Source of the DNA: the human T2T-CHM13v2.0 reference genome, Homo sapiens
NCBI RefSeq assembly: GCF_009914755.1
Contig: NC_060929.1
Length of the DNA stretch: 64,000 nucleotides
Reading direction: 5' to 3' (one strand)
In this document: in pieces, positions 27,591 through 40,975 of the stretch
Position numbering within the stretch: position 1 is the first letter of the stretch
How the letters are laid out: each line of letters begins with the position of its first letter
Made by a program: the position numbers and the translations under genes
Notes under the pieces: generated by a model
Database searches by the model: none
Told to the model about the DNA's origin: nothing
The model's input: the letters and a program-made list of their open reading frames with translations, nothing else

Positions 27591-28450
27591 GCCATTAGCA
27601 TAATAGGAGTTAACATTTATGGACTTGGTACCTATGTGTTAAAAGCTTTTTAATGGAATCTTTTAAACGAGTTAAGCATTATTTTTATTATACCTATTTT
27701 TCAGATGAGAACATGGAGACACACAGATAATTGGATCAAATAACCTGGCCTCCATCCATCATGAGGGTGGGCCTGGGAAAGCAGAGATTTAGTGTTCCTT
27801 CAGCAGCTCCTTTGAGTTTGGATCTTGCTTGCTCTTGATCTCCTGGCTTAGGGCCTGAATGAGGGCAGCCTCTGTTAGTATTGTGATAATACAATCCAGT
27901 CTCCAATCTCAAATGAGGATCACTTGAGGAATAGAGATTGCATTCTGGCCCTGAATAAAAGAAGAGAAATAAGGTTGACAGTATCTAGCTTTCAAAACTC
28001 AAGGGACCAAATAGGCTCAGGTGAGGCAGGTAGACTTTGGGGCATTTGTAGTCGGCTGTAGTTGAGGTTGTCTTTTGGGTGGATCAGAAGTAAACTCTTA
28101 TACTTCAAGGAGTCAATGGGACACCTAAATCTGACTTCCTGAGTTCAAAAGGGTCATCTGCACCTAGCCCCATTGGGTCAAGGAGACCAGCCAAACCTGA
28201 AGAGCAGTAGCAGTAGCACTAGCTAGCCAAGTAGCTCAGATACAGTTCAGTTTTGTTCCTATAATTCTGAGGAAGCCTCAAGGGTGTGATTCATTTTAAT
28301 GAGATTTAGGTGTAATGCAACAGAGTTGAGGTTCTTTCAATTTGTAAACTCTGAACTATTTCATGAAGACAATAATATAATGAATGTAAATCTCTATTCT
28401 TGTTTTAAAACAGAATTCTCCGTATGTTCTTAAATTAACTTTTTATCTGC

Positions 28451-28653
28451 TCCTTCGAAGAGCTTTACCATCTCCTTATGTGTAATGTACTTCTCTTCAC
28501 CTAGTCAAGGATGTTATTGCCTATCTTTGCAGCTGCATTTAAACATTTAAATATTCCTTCAAAGAAGATTTACAGTCTCCTTATTTAATAATGTATTTCT
28601 CTTCACCTAGTCAAGGATGTTATTGCCTATCTTTGCAGCTGCATTTAAATATT
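28451..28653 (+). repeat. Tandem duplication, unit ~105 bp
   Basis: Units start at tccttc (28451, 28555). 28491-28543 and 28597-28649 are identical over 53 bp. Confidence 0.9.
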
Positions 28654-29299
28654 TTCTGAATACTTTTTCAAAACAAAGTTGAAATCATATTCTATATATA
28701 ACTTTGGATTATTTTTACCTATTACCATTTTCAACAATATTTTGGAACATTTTCTTATGTTAGTCAAAAATGTGTTACCCATATCATTTTGAAAGGCTGA
28801 ATGATATACTTTGTCATATAGACAATAATTATTTAACAATTTCTCGAATACCATTTCCAAGTTTTCACTCTGTAATTTTAATATTCACATTTATAACAGT
28901 GAAATAAGTCAGAAATAATCTGAATGCTAACACTTTTTTGAATACATTTGTTCATAAATATTTCCATACAGTTATTACACTAGGTCAAATATTTATACCT
29001 TACGTTTTCTTGCTGCGTGGCATCTAAGTAATTTTCAGAATGGATGCATTACTTTAATTAGTAACCTTGGGAAAGTTACTTAAACTTTATAGGCTTCAAC
29101 TCCCTCATTTCTAATACAAGAATAATTATAGAATCTACCCCATAGAGTTGAGTTAATATATGGAAAGTACTTAGGATAGTTATATACAGTTCTAAACATT
29201 TTTGATTTGTAGATATGTAAGAAGGAAGCCACCTTTGCTTTAGATCCTGTAGTGCTTGCTCACAGTGGGCTTCTTACCTCTCCTCTCCCAGTTAGCCCA

Positions 29300-30560
29300 T
29301 AATTCAGATGTTAGCTCAATTTTCCTTCTGCTAGAACCTCCCTCGCCTCCCCTGTTCTCCACCCTACACCTCTTTGACTAGGTCAAATTCAACATTATTT
29401 TCTTACAGCAGCATGTGCCTCTTAGTTGTAGGAATCAACACAGTTATAATTTCTCATTTCTTTATGAGAATACTTGATAAAAGTCAGTCTCTCCCTTTAG
29501 ACTATTAGCTCTATAAAGGCAGAGACTATGCTAGTTTTTTTGCTCACCATAGTGCCTGACATCCCAACTATGTCCGAGTAGGCCTTCCAGTAATGTTACT
29601 TGAATGACTAGTGGGATGGTTAGATATGCATAAAAGCATTTCAGGAGGCATAACAGTGTAAGGAACAGAAGCAGGAATGAATGTGTCATGACAAAGTTCT
29701 GGTAATGATATAAGCATATTTGAACTAGAGGGTAGTATATTGTATGGAGAAAAGCCATGGGAGGTGGAATTAGAAAGGGGGGTTTGATCACTGAGAGCCT
29801 TAGGTATCAGCAGATGAGTTGTAGTGAATGAGACTTGCAGTGAGCAACCATTGAATAATTCTGAGCAGCAGTGGTATATAAAAGAAGTGTGTTAATAGGA
29901 TGTACGTGGCATGTAGAGTAGATTAAAAGAGAAATGCTAGAGATGGAGAGCCCAGTTAAGGGACTATTGCAATATTCCTTAAAGGCTCTTGAGTAGCTGC
30001 TTGAATGTGTTACCACTAAAAATAAGAAAAAATGAGCAAATGTGAACTGTTTCTAGACAAGAATTGACATTATTTGTTGATATTATATATAGGGCAGAGA
30101 GAAAAAGCGAGAGGAAAAGAGAGAAAGGGAGGGAGAGAGTCATCAAAAATAATGGCATACTAGTTTTGGAAGAGGTCTTTTAGAACACATCATGTAGTGT
30201 CCATTACAGCTGTGGAGATTGAGGTCAGGAAGAGGAAGAGGAAGAGGGCTGTGAGTGCTGCATGGCATACAGCATGATATGGCAGAGGGGACAAGAAAGA
30301 CATTTTTCCTGAACTGCATTTATTGTCATTTTATACACAGTGATTAAGGGAACGTGTCTTTTCCAGAAACAATGGAGGCGAGTTAGAAGGGGAATTATGA
30401 GTTCTATTTTATATAGGTTGAGTCTGGAATAACAGTGAGATATTAAAATGAAAGTGTCAGACAGTTTAACAGGCGGTAGGAGTTTGGCAGGGAGGTCAGA
30501 GCTGGGGTTACATATTTTCGATTCAATGGCCCAGAGATAGTTACTGTCGATCACCTGAAT
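29300..30560. mobile_element. L2 fragments (+ ~29300-29620; - ~29640-30560)
   Basis: ctccctttagactattagctctataaaggcagagactatg...atagtgcctgaca...tgaatga, and gagcccagttaagggactattgcaatatt...gaggtcagagctggggttacata. Confidence 0.65.
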
Positions 30561-30804
30561 TTTTTCATTATGAATTCAATTATTGTCCTTCTGATTTCCC
30601 ACTTTTGAAAAAAAAATGATTGTTATAGATTTAATGAGCACATATTTTATGATAAATGCTTAACCAGCATCTTATTTAATCTTGTCATAAATCCTAAGAA
30701 GGAGATACTACCACTTTATGACTCCATTTTACAAATGAGTTAGCCGGATCAGAGGTGTAAAATAACCTTCCCAATGTCTCCTCAAGTCCCAACAATTTTT
30801 TAAA

Positions 30805-31032
30805 CAGGATTTCTCAGTGTTGGCACTGTTCTAATTCTTGGCCAAATAATTCTTTGTTGGGGTGGGGTGAGGGGAAGCTTTCCTGTCCATTGTAGTATAT
30901 TTAGCAGCATTTCTGGCCTCTACCCGCTGGATGTCTGTAGAAGTCACCCCCCAGCTTTGACAACTAAGAAGGGCTCCAAACATCACCAATTGCTTCCTGA
31001 TTGAGTTCAAATCGCCTCTTCTATTAAAAACC
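30805..31032. mobile_element. MER20 hAT-Charlie MITE
   Basis: ttctcagtgttggcactgtt...aataattctttgttggg...tcctgtccattgtagtatatttagcagcatttctggcctctacccgctggatg...tgacaactaa. Confidence 0.82.
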
Positions 31033-31964
31033 TTCCCCAGAAATTTCAATCTTACTTAATATATTCTTTCTCTGTATTTTTGTGCCACTTATTGCCCCAA
31101 AATTGAATGATGTTTTTGGTTTTCTTTTGTATACATCTTGTCTTCCCAAGAAGCTTATGAGGTTGTTGAAAACCAAGACTTTTACATTTAATAAAGTGTC
31201 AGGAGCAAGTGCCTTTCACCTATGTCTTTGCTTCTTCATTCCTACTATCATTTCACGTCCTCCCTTGGATTAAGCCCTAGTAATTCTTACTCATAATCTA
31301 ATTCTAATAATAGTCTAATTATAATAATCTCAGACGAAAGCAGCCTTTCGAAAGATTTTGCAATAGAAATTCAGGGATTTAGTGGGTAATGAGACCAGTC
31401 CTACCGAGAGTACTCACAGGAGCTGATTGGAAGATTCCCATGGCACAGAGAATGCGGTGAGCTAAAGCAGATGGCACAACATCAGAAAGCAATGGGTGGA
31501 TGACGAGCACAGAGCTGCAATGCAAAAAACTGAATGAGAATGCATGGTTCAGAGAACATGGAATGAAACCCCAGGCTTTCAGTTTGAAGTAGGCAGTTCC
31601 ACTTGGCAGCTAGAATCTGTTTCTGAGCAAAGCCATGCCATGTAAATTTGTGGTAGCAGTCCTTACAAGGAGCCCAGTGGATAAATTCTAATACAAATTT
31701 ACAGACTTGCATTAGAACCAAAGCTAATGTTCCCAGAAGGAGGAGATAAAGTAGGAAGAATTGGGATTTTGAGACTTGACATACCTATAAGAAGAAGGCA
31801 GACAATCTAGGAGGGTCCAGGAATAGGTTAAAAGATGGCTACGAAATGTGTTAAGTGGATCTTGCTACATGTACTATGTAATACTATAGTCAAGTTTGTT
31901 GATGGCTTCAGCAAATAGGGCTAATCCACATGAATTAAAATTCAGGGACATGACCCTGGAAGTT

Positions 31965-32215
31965 AGGCAATTATAACATTAATGGTTAACATTTATTGAG
32001 TAATTACTATTTACCAGCCACTGTGCTAACAGCTCTGTATGCATTAAGTCAATGAACTTGCAAAGTAATCCTGTAAAGCAGGTGCTATTGTTATCCCCAC
32101 TTTAAGGGCTAGGAAAGCAAGTACGGGGATGTTAAATAACTTGCCCATCATCATATATGCAGTAAGTAGCAGAGGTGAGGCTTGAATCCATTGCAGCATC
32201 TCTACTCTTAACCAC
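31965..32215 (-). mobile_element. MIR SINE
   Basis: taacatttattgagtaattactat...gctattgttatccccacttta...gttaaataacttgccca. Confidence 0.8.
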
Positions 32216-32347
32216 TAGAATCACTGGAGTTCAGAAACTGAAGACACTGAGAGGCTATGTAGTCCAATCCATTGATTCTAGAGAGGAACTAACTAAAATC
32301 CAACTGGGAAACCATGACACTATTGAAATTTGTAGTTCACTTATTTT

Positions 32348-32667
<320 letters not shown>

Positions 32668-34149
32668 GTTCATTTATTTTCTAGTAAAACAAGGTCTGAT
32701 TGATCATTCATGATTCAATCTTCTCAAATAAAGAAACGAAAAGAAAAGAGCATGGGGGATAAATGTGTCATCTGCCCTTCTGTCTCATTTCCTCTGTTGT
32801 GTTGGCCATCGCAACGGGTCAAGCTCTTGGGCTTCCTGCATGTGCAACCCTTCAAGGTGTGTACCCTGATCACATGGGTGATACTTTAAGTTAATACTGC
32901 CCAAGTTCTGGGGCAAATCTGGTCCTGTTCAAGAGAATTAAAAGGCTTAATGCTCAGGTGAGCCCTCCTCCAACTTTAGCCTCTTCCCTAGTAGAGCGTA
33001 AGAGAGACTGAGCCTCCCATTCAGGCTCTGCCATGGGCTGGCTCCCCATGAAACTTAATGACAGTGATTTTCTGCCTTTGGATTTTCAGTGTAAGGTTAC
33101 TTAGAAGTGAAGCTCATATCCAGTAGGATTTTCCAGAAATGTGTCATTCTTTAACTCCTAAACTCTATATAATCTTGCTTTTACGTATTTCATACTACTA
33201 CTCTCTTTACTTCCTAACCCAGCCATACTACGTATGTTTTGATTTCTTCAATTTGTCACCTTCTTCTGACCTGTGCACAACTTCTTCTTTTCTCTCTGCT
33301 TGCAGTAATATTTATGAAGCACTATCTTCTATTCTGCACCTGGGGAGAGAGCAAAAAGTAAGAAAGTTTCTCTGCCAGACAGGAAATGGCTAGAATTGGT
33401 CCACTGTGAGCATGAACATTTTCTGAAAACATTTTATTTAATTAAAACATCAGGAAAATGTGTTGTTATAATCTATAAAATACATATATTGATTTCTATA
33501 CACAATTTTTTTTCCCTGAATGTTTGAGTAAAACTGATACTTTGTTTAGAAAGAGTCACCAGGCTTCTCCATGGATTTGCAGATCTCTTGGCATACTATC
33601 ATCTAATCCTGAGACAATGAGTACTGCAATTTGAGAATGATAGCTAGGCAATTAAAAAAATTGTGTTTTTAACGTGAAGTTTAGGAAAATGTGGAAGAGA
33701 AATGTGGAGTTTCCCAGGCTCACAAATGAATTTGGTAGTAGTGGTGGTGGTGAGGTCTTATACTGGAATCCCAATTACCTCGATCCTAGTTCTAGTCTTT
33801 CTCTTTTTCGGAATACTGGGAAATGATGAAGTCAGTTCTATCAATAAGACAAGAGCACATGCCCATAGTTAGAGAAAGAATGCTAAAGTATTAAATAATA
33901 AAGAGATTGTTAACAGTTTTTTTATTCTTCCTTATAGATACTGTGACTTCCTTATATTCCTTAAACACACAGCTGGACAAACTGTGAACCCCCTTACAAA
34001 AAAATATCACTCCCTTTAAATAGTCCTGATAAAGTCTACTAAATTATGGCAGTAAGATTTAACTTAACTTTCTTGAGCAGTATGAAACATTTCCTCCCCT
34101 GCTGAACACATGGAAATTCTTGGAGGAGGAGCTTAGAGTTGTTCTTATG

Positions 34150-34197
<48 letters not shown>
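34150..34197. repeat. (TCTA)12 tetranucleotide STR
   Basis: 12 perfect TCTA units followed by TCA TCAA TCTA. Confidence 0.97.
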
Positions 34198-34199
<2 letters not shown>

Positions 34200-34387
34200 A
34201 TCAATCTATATTCGTTATACATACTTCAATAAAGACATCTATAATACATATAGATATTTGTGACTATTATATTGAGCTCTTTTTATATAATGCTCAAAAT
34301 GAAGTGGTTTCTAAATCAACAGTTTTGTTTAAATTAGCTGACTTTATTTCTTAGAGCAGTTTTAATTTTATGGAAAAATTGAACAGA

Positions 34388-35625
34388 GATAGTTTTACTT
34401 CTTCTTTTCTCATTTGGATGTCTTTATTTTTTTTTCTGACCTAATTGCTCAGGCTAAAACTTTCAGTACTATGCTGAATAGAATTGGCAAGAGTGGGCAT
34501 CCTTCTCTTATTACTGGTGTTAGAGAAAAAATTTTCAGTTTTTCACCATTGAGTATGATGCTAGCTGTGGGGTTGTCATATACAGCTTTTATTATATTGA
34601 GGTATGTTCTTCCTATACCTAATTTATTGAGTGTTTTTTTAATGAAAAGATGTTGCCTTCTGTCAAATGCTTTTTCTGCATCTACTGAGATGATCATATA
34701 AAGTTTATCTTTTATTCTGTTAATGTGGAGCATTACGTTTACTGCCTGCATATGTTGAACCAACCTTGCATATGAAGGATAAACCCCACTTGATTATGAT
34801 GTATGATACTTTTAACATGCTTGCTTTTGAATTTTTAATTAGGTTTGCTAGTATTTTGTTGAGAATTTTTGCATCTATATTCATCAGGCATATTGTCCTG
34901 TAACTTTCTTTTCTTGTGGTGTCTTTGTTTGTCTTTAGTATCAAGTTAATGCTGGCTTTGTTAAATGAGTTTGCCAGTGTTTCTTCCCCTTTAATTCTTT
35001 GAAAAAGTTTGAGGATTGGTGTTAATTCTTCTTCAAATGTTTGGTAGAATTTACCAGTGAAGCCATCTTCTGATCCCGGGCTTTTCTTTGTTAGGAGGTT
35101 TATGATTACTGAGTCATTCTCCTTATGTATTATTAGTCTGTTGATATTTTCTTTTTCTTAATGACTCAGTCTTTGCAAGCTACATATTTCCAGCAATTCA
35201 TCCATTTCTTCTATTTTATCCAGTGTGTTGGCATATAAATGATCATAGTATTTTCTTATGATCTTTGTATATTTGTGGCATCATTTGTAATGTCCCTCTT
35301 TCATTTCTGATTTTATTTGTTTAAATTTTCTCTTTTTTTAAGTCTAGCTAAAGGTTTGTCAATTTTGTTTATCTTTTCAAAAAATCAACTCAGTTTTGTT
35401 GACCTTTCCCATTGCTTTCCTAGTCTCTATTTCATTTACTTCTTCTCCAATCTTTATTCTATTTTTCCTTCTGCTAACTTTGTACTTAGTTTGTCCTTTT
35501 TGTAGTTATTTGAAGTCTAAAGTTAGATTGTTTTACTTGAGATCTTTCTTTTTCCCTCTTAGTAGTGTTTATGTTCTGTCCCATAAGTTTTGGAATGTTG
35601 TGTTCTCATTTTCATTCATCTTTAA
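34388..35625 (-). mobile_element. Old L1M ORF2 fragment (linker/RT region), degraded
   Basis: Minus-strand translations [23 protein letters not shown] and [11 protein letters not shown]...[19 protein letters not shown], with stops and frameshifts. Confidence 0.9.
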
Positions 35626-36230
35626 AAGTCCATTAAAAGATTAATAAATAAAATGTAGTATATACAAATAATAGACTATTATTCAGCATTTTTAAAAAAG
35701 AAAATTCTACTATTTGTGACAATATGAATAAACCTATAGGACATTATGCTAAGTAAAATAAGCCAGTCACAGAAGGCAAATACTGCATGATTCCATTTAC
35801 ATGAGCTATCTAAAATAGTGAAACTCATAGAAGCAGAGAATAGAAGAGTGGTTGCCAGCAGCTAGGAGGAAGAGAAAATTAGGACTTGTTACTCAATGGG
35901 TATAAGGTTTCAGTTATGCAATACAAATAAGTTTTAGACATTTCTGTACAGTATAGTGCCTATTGTTAATAATTATGCACTTTAAAATATGTTAACAGGA
36001 TAGATCTCATGTTAAGTGAGCAGACCATAAAATACATACACATGTACACAGACATAAAGAATACAAAAATTTTTTGGAGGTGATGGATATGCTTAGTACT
36101 TTGATTATGGTCATGGTATCACAAAGGTATACATATGCCAAAACTCATCAAAAATGTTTATATTTAATAGGTAAAGTTTCTTGTGTATCAATTAAATCTT
36201 AATAAAGCTTAATTACAACAAAACAAAAAA
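35626..36230 (+). mobile_element. L1MB-type 3' end with A-rich tail
   Basis: gacattatgctaagtaaaataagccagtcacagaaggcaaatactgcatgattccatttacatgag...ttttggaggtgatggatatg...cttaataaagctt...aaaacaaaaaa. Confidence 0.85.
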
Positions 36231-36462
36231 TATTTATATATTTCATAGCTCAACATAAATAAATGACCAGATGACAATTTCATAGTAGAATAGATATTGC
36301 CTACTACTAATTGAAAATTAACTAATGGAAAATTTATATTAAATGTCTAGAAAAAATCTGCTTAAATTTTGTTTAAAGGACCTTCAGGATCAAGCTTCCA
36401 GCATAAAAATAAAAACAAATAGAAGAATTTTAATGCATATTAATAAAACTTGAAACAAATAA

Positions 36463-36785
36463 GGCCGGGTGCGGTGGCTTATGCCTGTAATCCCAGCACT
36501 TTGGGAGGCTGCAGTGGGCGGATTACTTGAGGTCAGGAGTTCAAGACCAGCCTGGCCAATATGGTGAAACCCTGCTTCTACTAAAAATACAAAAACTAGC
36601 TGGGGGTGGTGGTGCATGCCTGTAATCCCAGCTACTTGGGAGGCTGCAGCAGGAGAATTGCTTGAACCAGGAACACAGAGATTGCAGTGAGCTGACCAAG
36701 TTCACACCACTGCACTCCAGTCTGGGCAACAGAGTGAGGCTCCATCTCAAAAATAAATAAAATAAAATAATAATAAAATAAATAT
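36463..36785 (+). mobile_element. AluS (Sx/Sz-like), full length
   Basis: ggccgggtgcggtggct...ctccatctcaaaaataaataaaataa. The only + strand Alu in the window. Confidence 0.95.
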
Positions 36786-37620
36786 AAAAATTGAATAGAA
36801 GCACAGAATTCCCATATTATGACCAGCTTTCCCTGTTATTACCAACTTGCCTTGGTGAGGTACATTTGTTATGATTTATGAACCAATGTCGATACATTAT
36901 TTTTAACTAATAACTATAGTTTACATTGGAGTTCACTTTGTTGTGTTGTAGAGTTCTATAGGTTTTGACAAAGGCATAATGTCAGATATCCACTATTACA
37001 GTATCCTACAGACTTGTTTCACTGCCCTGAAAATCCTCCGATCTCCACCTATTCATCCCTCCCCACTACCATCTTCTGGCAACCACTGATCTTTTTAGTT
37101 TGTCTTTATAGTTTGTCTCTTCCAGAACATCTTATACTTGGAGTCATACAGTATGTAGTTTTTTTCTGATTAACTTTTTTCACTTAGCAATGTCCTTAAG
37201 TTTCCTCCATGCATTTTAAATGTATTTTTGGTTGTTTGGTAGCTGATTTCATAATTCACTAATATTCCATTGCATAGATGTAACATTTAAAAAATCTATT
37301 CATTCTTTGAAGAAAACCTGGGTTGCTCCTAATTTTTGGCAGCTGTGAATAAAGATGCTATAAACGTGTGTGCAGGTTTTTATGTGGACATAAGCTTTCA
37401 ACTCCTTTAAATACCAAGGAGCATGATTGCTGAGTGGTAAGAATATGTTTAGTTTTGTAAGAAACTGTCAATCTATTTTCCAGTGTGGCTGTACCATTTT
37501 GCATTTCTACAAGCAATGAGCGATAGGTTCCATCCCATTGCTCTGCATCCTGCCAGCATTTCATGTTGTCAGTGTTTTGGATTTTGCTCATTCTAATATG
37601 TTTGTGTGGTACTTTAAATA
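36786..37620 (-). mobile_element. L1MC-type 3' region (its extreme 3' end lies at ~34340-34387, on the other side of the nested insert)
   Basis: ttagagcagttttaattttatggaaaaattgaacaga is continued by aattgaatagaagcacagaattcccata...ttttgacaaaggcataatg...tttcactgccctgaaaatcctcc. Confidence 0.8.
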
Positions 37621-39654
37621 TGTTTGTATTACTAGCAATTTCCATGTGTTAAGAAATTGGGGTTTGTTGGATTCCAGCTTCAGCTCTTCTTTCCTCAATG
37701 GACTTTTGTAAATAATAAAGTATTTACAAAATATTGAAGTGGATGGTCATATTTTCCATAATGATTTGCCTAGTTGGGGCACAATCTGAGCAAGTGGTCC
37801 CTGAGGACAGGGAGGACAGCAGGTCTTGGACCACATACATGCAGGGTAAGCTCCTTGTCTCTTACTTTTTGTTCTTTTCTTCATCTCCACTTTGCTCTCC
37901 AGGAATGCCATGGCTAAACTCAATGCTGAGCAATTTTCAGTTCAGTAAGTCTTTGTCATTGCACATAGGAATCATAAACTGAGTCTGTTAGTCTGTGTAG
38001 CCTCTGCCTTCCTCCCTACATTTTTGTCTTTCTTCTAAGAATTACATAGCCTTTTATTCATTTGTAGCTTCAACTGACTTTAGTGATCCTAAATCCAAGG
38101 CTTAGGAAAAACCTCTTCCTCTGCTCAATTCATTTTACATAGTTAAAAACTAGTTTTTTCTCAATGTATCATTCTAGGATGACAATACTCTGAAATACGT
38201 AAGGAAAAATCTAGAAAGTTCTCATCTTTGTCAGATGGAGTCACATGATTTGTGACAAGATTAAAAAAAGAGAGAGAGAGAGACAGTCATGATTACCCTT
38301 ATATTTACTGAGGAGAGATTGCAAGTATCTGCAAAAATTGCCCAAGAACAGATGACCAAACTTTTACACCCTATAAGAGGAACAGAACCTGGACTCTCTG
38401 CCAGACTATATAAGGGAAAATATCACCCCATTTAAAATCAAAGAGGCAAATGAACCTGCCAATGGTAAAATGAATGCCTAAATAAAACTCTGACATTTCT
38501 ATATATTGTTTGTAGACTCAAAACTACCCAAGAGCCATCAGATTTTTCTACTCTGGAAAATGTCACAGTTACTAAATTGACTCAGTATAGAATTAGGCTC
38601 TAGACGTGTTATTATTCAAGTTTCTGTGCGTTAGAAACGCATTCCCTTAAAATAATACCCAAGGATATCACCAAAAGGTCTTTGAACTGGTAAGAACAAG
38701 ACATAGATTGAGGGAAAAATAAAACGTATGGGCTTAAAGCTAGAATATAAAGAGTTGTGTGACACTGGTGGTGATACAGGAAGACAGATTTTAAACTTTG
38801 GACAATATCCACCTATCCCACCACCAAAAGAAAAAAAAAAACATAGAAAAGAAATGAAAAAGAAAGCCCATGTTCTATAAAAATTTAGAGTCTAACTGTC
38901 AGTCCTTCTTTGGTTAAAAAGTTTTCTTTATAAATATTATTTTTCTGAAGCATTTATTCCAAAATCAGAGCTATTATAATAAATGCCTTTTAAATACCAA
39001 AAGTTGATTTTTAAAAACTACGGTTTAGAAAATTTGAAAATTTACCTTAATTTTAGAGGGTATAATTGTGTGCTTTTCTCTGTGATAGCTCTACAGAATG
39101 CAAAATTGAGAATTTGCGACATGCACACCTGATTACATTCAAGATCTTGGATTTAAGTTCTTTAGTAAATAGTGAAAGACACATATAACTGTAAAATATT
39201 ATAGAATTTTTATTGACATGCAATGCAACTGAGTTTTGTTACCATCTATAAAATAATGGTTTTTAATAAAATCATTTAAATGGAATTTAGGTAATTTGAA
39301 AAATAAACAGACCAATAGAAAATTGTGCTCCTAAAATTTCTGGGTAAAGTTAAAAATGCAACACAACCATTTTGTTGATTGATTTGATTATATTTTATTT
39401 TGCTATATTATGGTTTTGGAAAACATTCTTAATTGTCTGGAAATTTGAAGTCATATAGCATTAAGTAAATCATGAGAACACTATTAAGAATACTATTATA
39501 TGAAACAAAGTCTAAATTTTGACACATGAATCAAAAAGAATTTAAAAAACACTTTTAGTTTATGTAAATATTCGTTACAGTAAAAAAAATGAAAGATCTT
39601 CTTGATCCTCTGACTTAAAAATTCAAGGTTTTTTCAGTTATACTGGGTCAAAAC

Positions 39655-40975
39655 AATTTTAAAAGCTTCATTGAGGTAGAACGGACACACAATAAACTGC
39701 ACATATTTAAAGTGAACAATTTGATGCATTTTAAAATATGTATACACCAGTGAAACCCTCACGACAATCAAAACAATGAACATACTCATAACTTGTAAAC
39801 TTTTTGAATGCCCCTTTTAAAAACTCATCTCTTAACCCTCCTATCTCTCTGCCCAGGCAACTGCTTATCTACTTTCCATCACTATATAGTAGTTTGCATT
39901 TTCTTGATTTTGTTTAAAAGGTAAACTGAGGCACAATAAAATTATAAAGAGTTTATTTGAGCATGCAAGAATTCATGAATGGCACCAGACTGAGAGTAGT
40001 TCGGAGGCTCCGTTGAAGTGGCATAATGGACAGGTTTAGCAGAGGGAATGCAAAAGTAATTCAAAAAATTTTGATTGGTTATAGTTGCAAAGTTGCTTTA
40101 TTTGGTCTATGCTGCTGGAAAGTCCTTAGTTACATAATTATAAATTAGTCGCTGAGTTTGATTGGTTGAGCATAAGTTGTTTTCTTTAATATAGGCATTT
40201 ACAAGAAATAGCTCAAGTTAAGTTATGTTTGCAAATCAAGCGAAGTTAAGGTCACTTATAAGGCCCATTTGATTTTGTCTGTTCAGGGCTTCTTCAGGCC
40301 TGATCTCCATTTTAATTTATTTAACAACTTTCATATAACTAAAATCATGCAATATGCACTTATTTGTCTAGTTTCTTCCACTCAGTAAAATTATCTTGAG
40401 ATTCACCTATACTGTTGCATGCATGAATAGTTTCTTTTCTTTCATTGGTGAATAGTATTCTGTCGCATGGATGTATTGCAATGTGTTTGTTCATTCACCT
40501 GTTGATGAATATTTGAGTTGGTTCCAGTGTTTGACTATTACAATAAAACTGCTTTAAGCATTCTAGTACAAGTTTTACATAAACATATGCTTTTCTTACT
40601 CCTGGGTAAACACCTAGGAATAGAATGGCTGGACTAAATAGTAGGTATATGTTTAACTATTTAAAGAAACTGCCAAACTTTTTTTTTTTTTTTCCTGAGG
40701 TAGTTGACCCATTTTCTATATGAGAGGTCCAGTTCTTCCACATCATCTTCAACACACGGTGTGGTTAGTCTTCTGATTATAGCCATTTTCTAATAAGTGT
40801 GTAACAGTACCTCACTGTGGTCGTAATTTTCATTTTCCTAATTGCCAATAGTGTTGAGCATCTTTTATGTGCTTATTTGCCATTTGTTTGTTTTGGGCCA
40901 AATTTCTCTCCATATCTTTTGCTGCTTTTCAGTTTGCTGTCATAATCTTATTATTGAGTTTTGAGAATTCTTTAC
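39655..40975 (-). mobile_element. Old L1M (MB/MC-type) 3' region, interrupted by an LTR at 39911-40326
   Basis: gcttcattgaggta...aataaactgcacatatttaaagtg, resuming after the LTR with ttcatataactaaaatcatgcaatatgcac...gttgagcatcttttatgtgcttatttgccatt. Confidence 0.82.
39911..40326 (-). mobile_element. MER57-group ERV1 solo LTR
   Basis: TG...CA ends, 4-bp TSD attt/actt. The reverse complement starts tgttaaataaattaaaatggagatcaggcctgaagaa and has several CCAAT boxes. Confidence 0.78.

Noticed and set aside
34150-34197. Possible forensic core STR locus
   Set aside because: The flanks do not match any core-locus flank I recall, so I left it unnamed.
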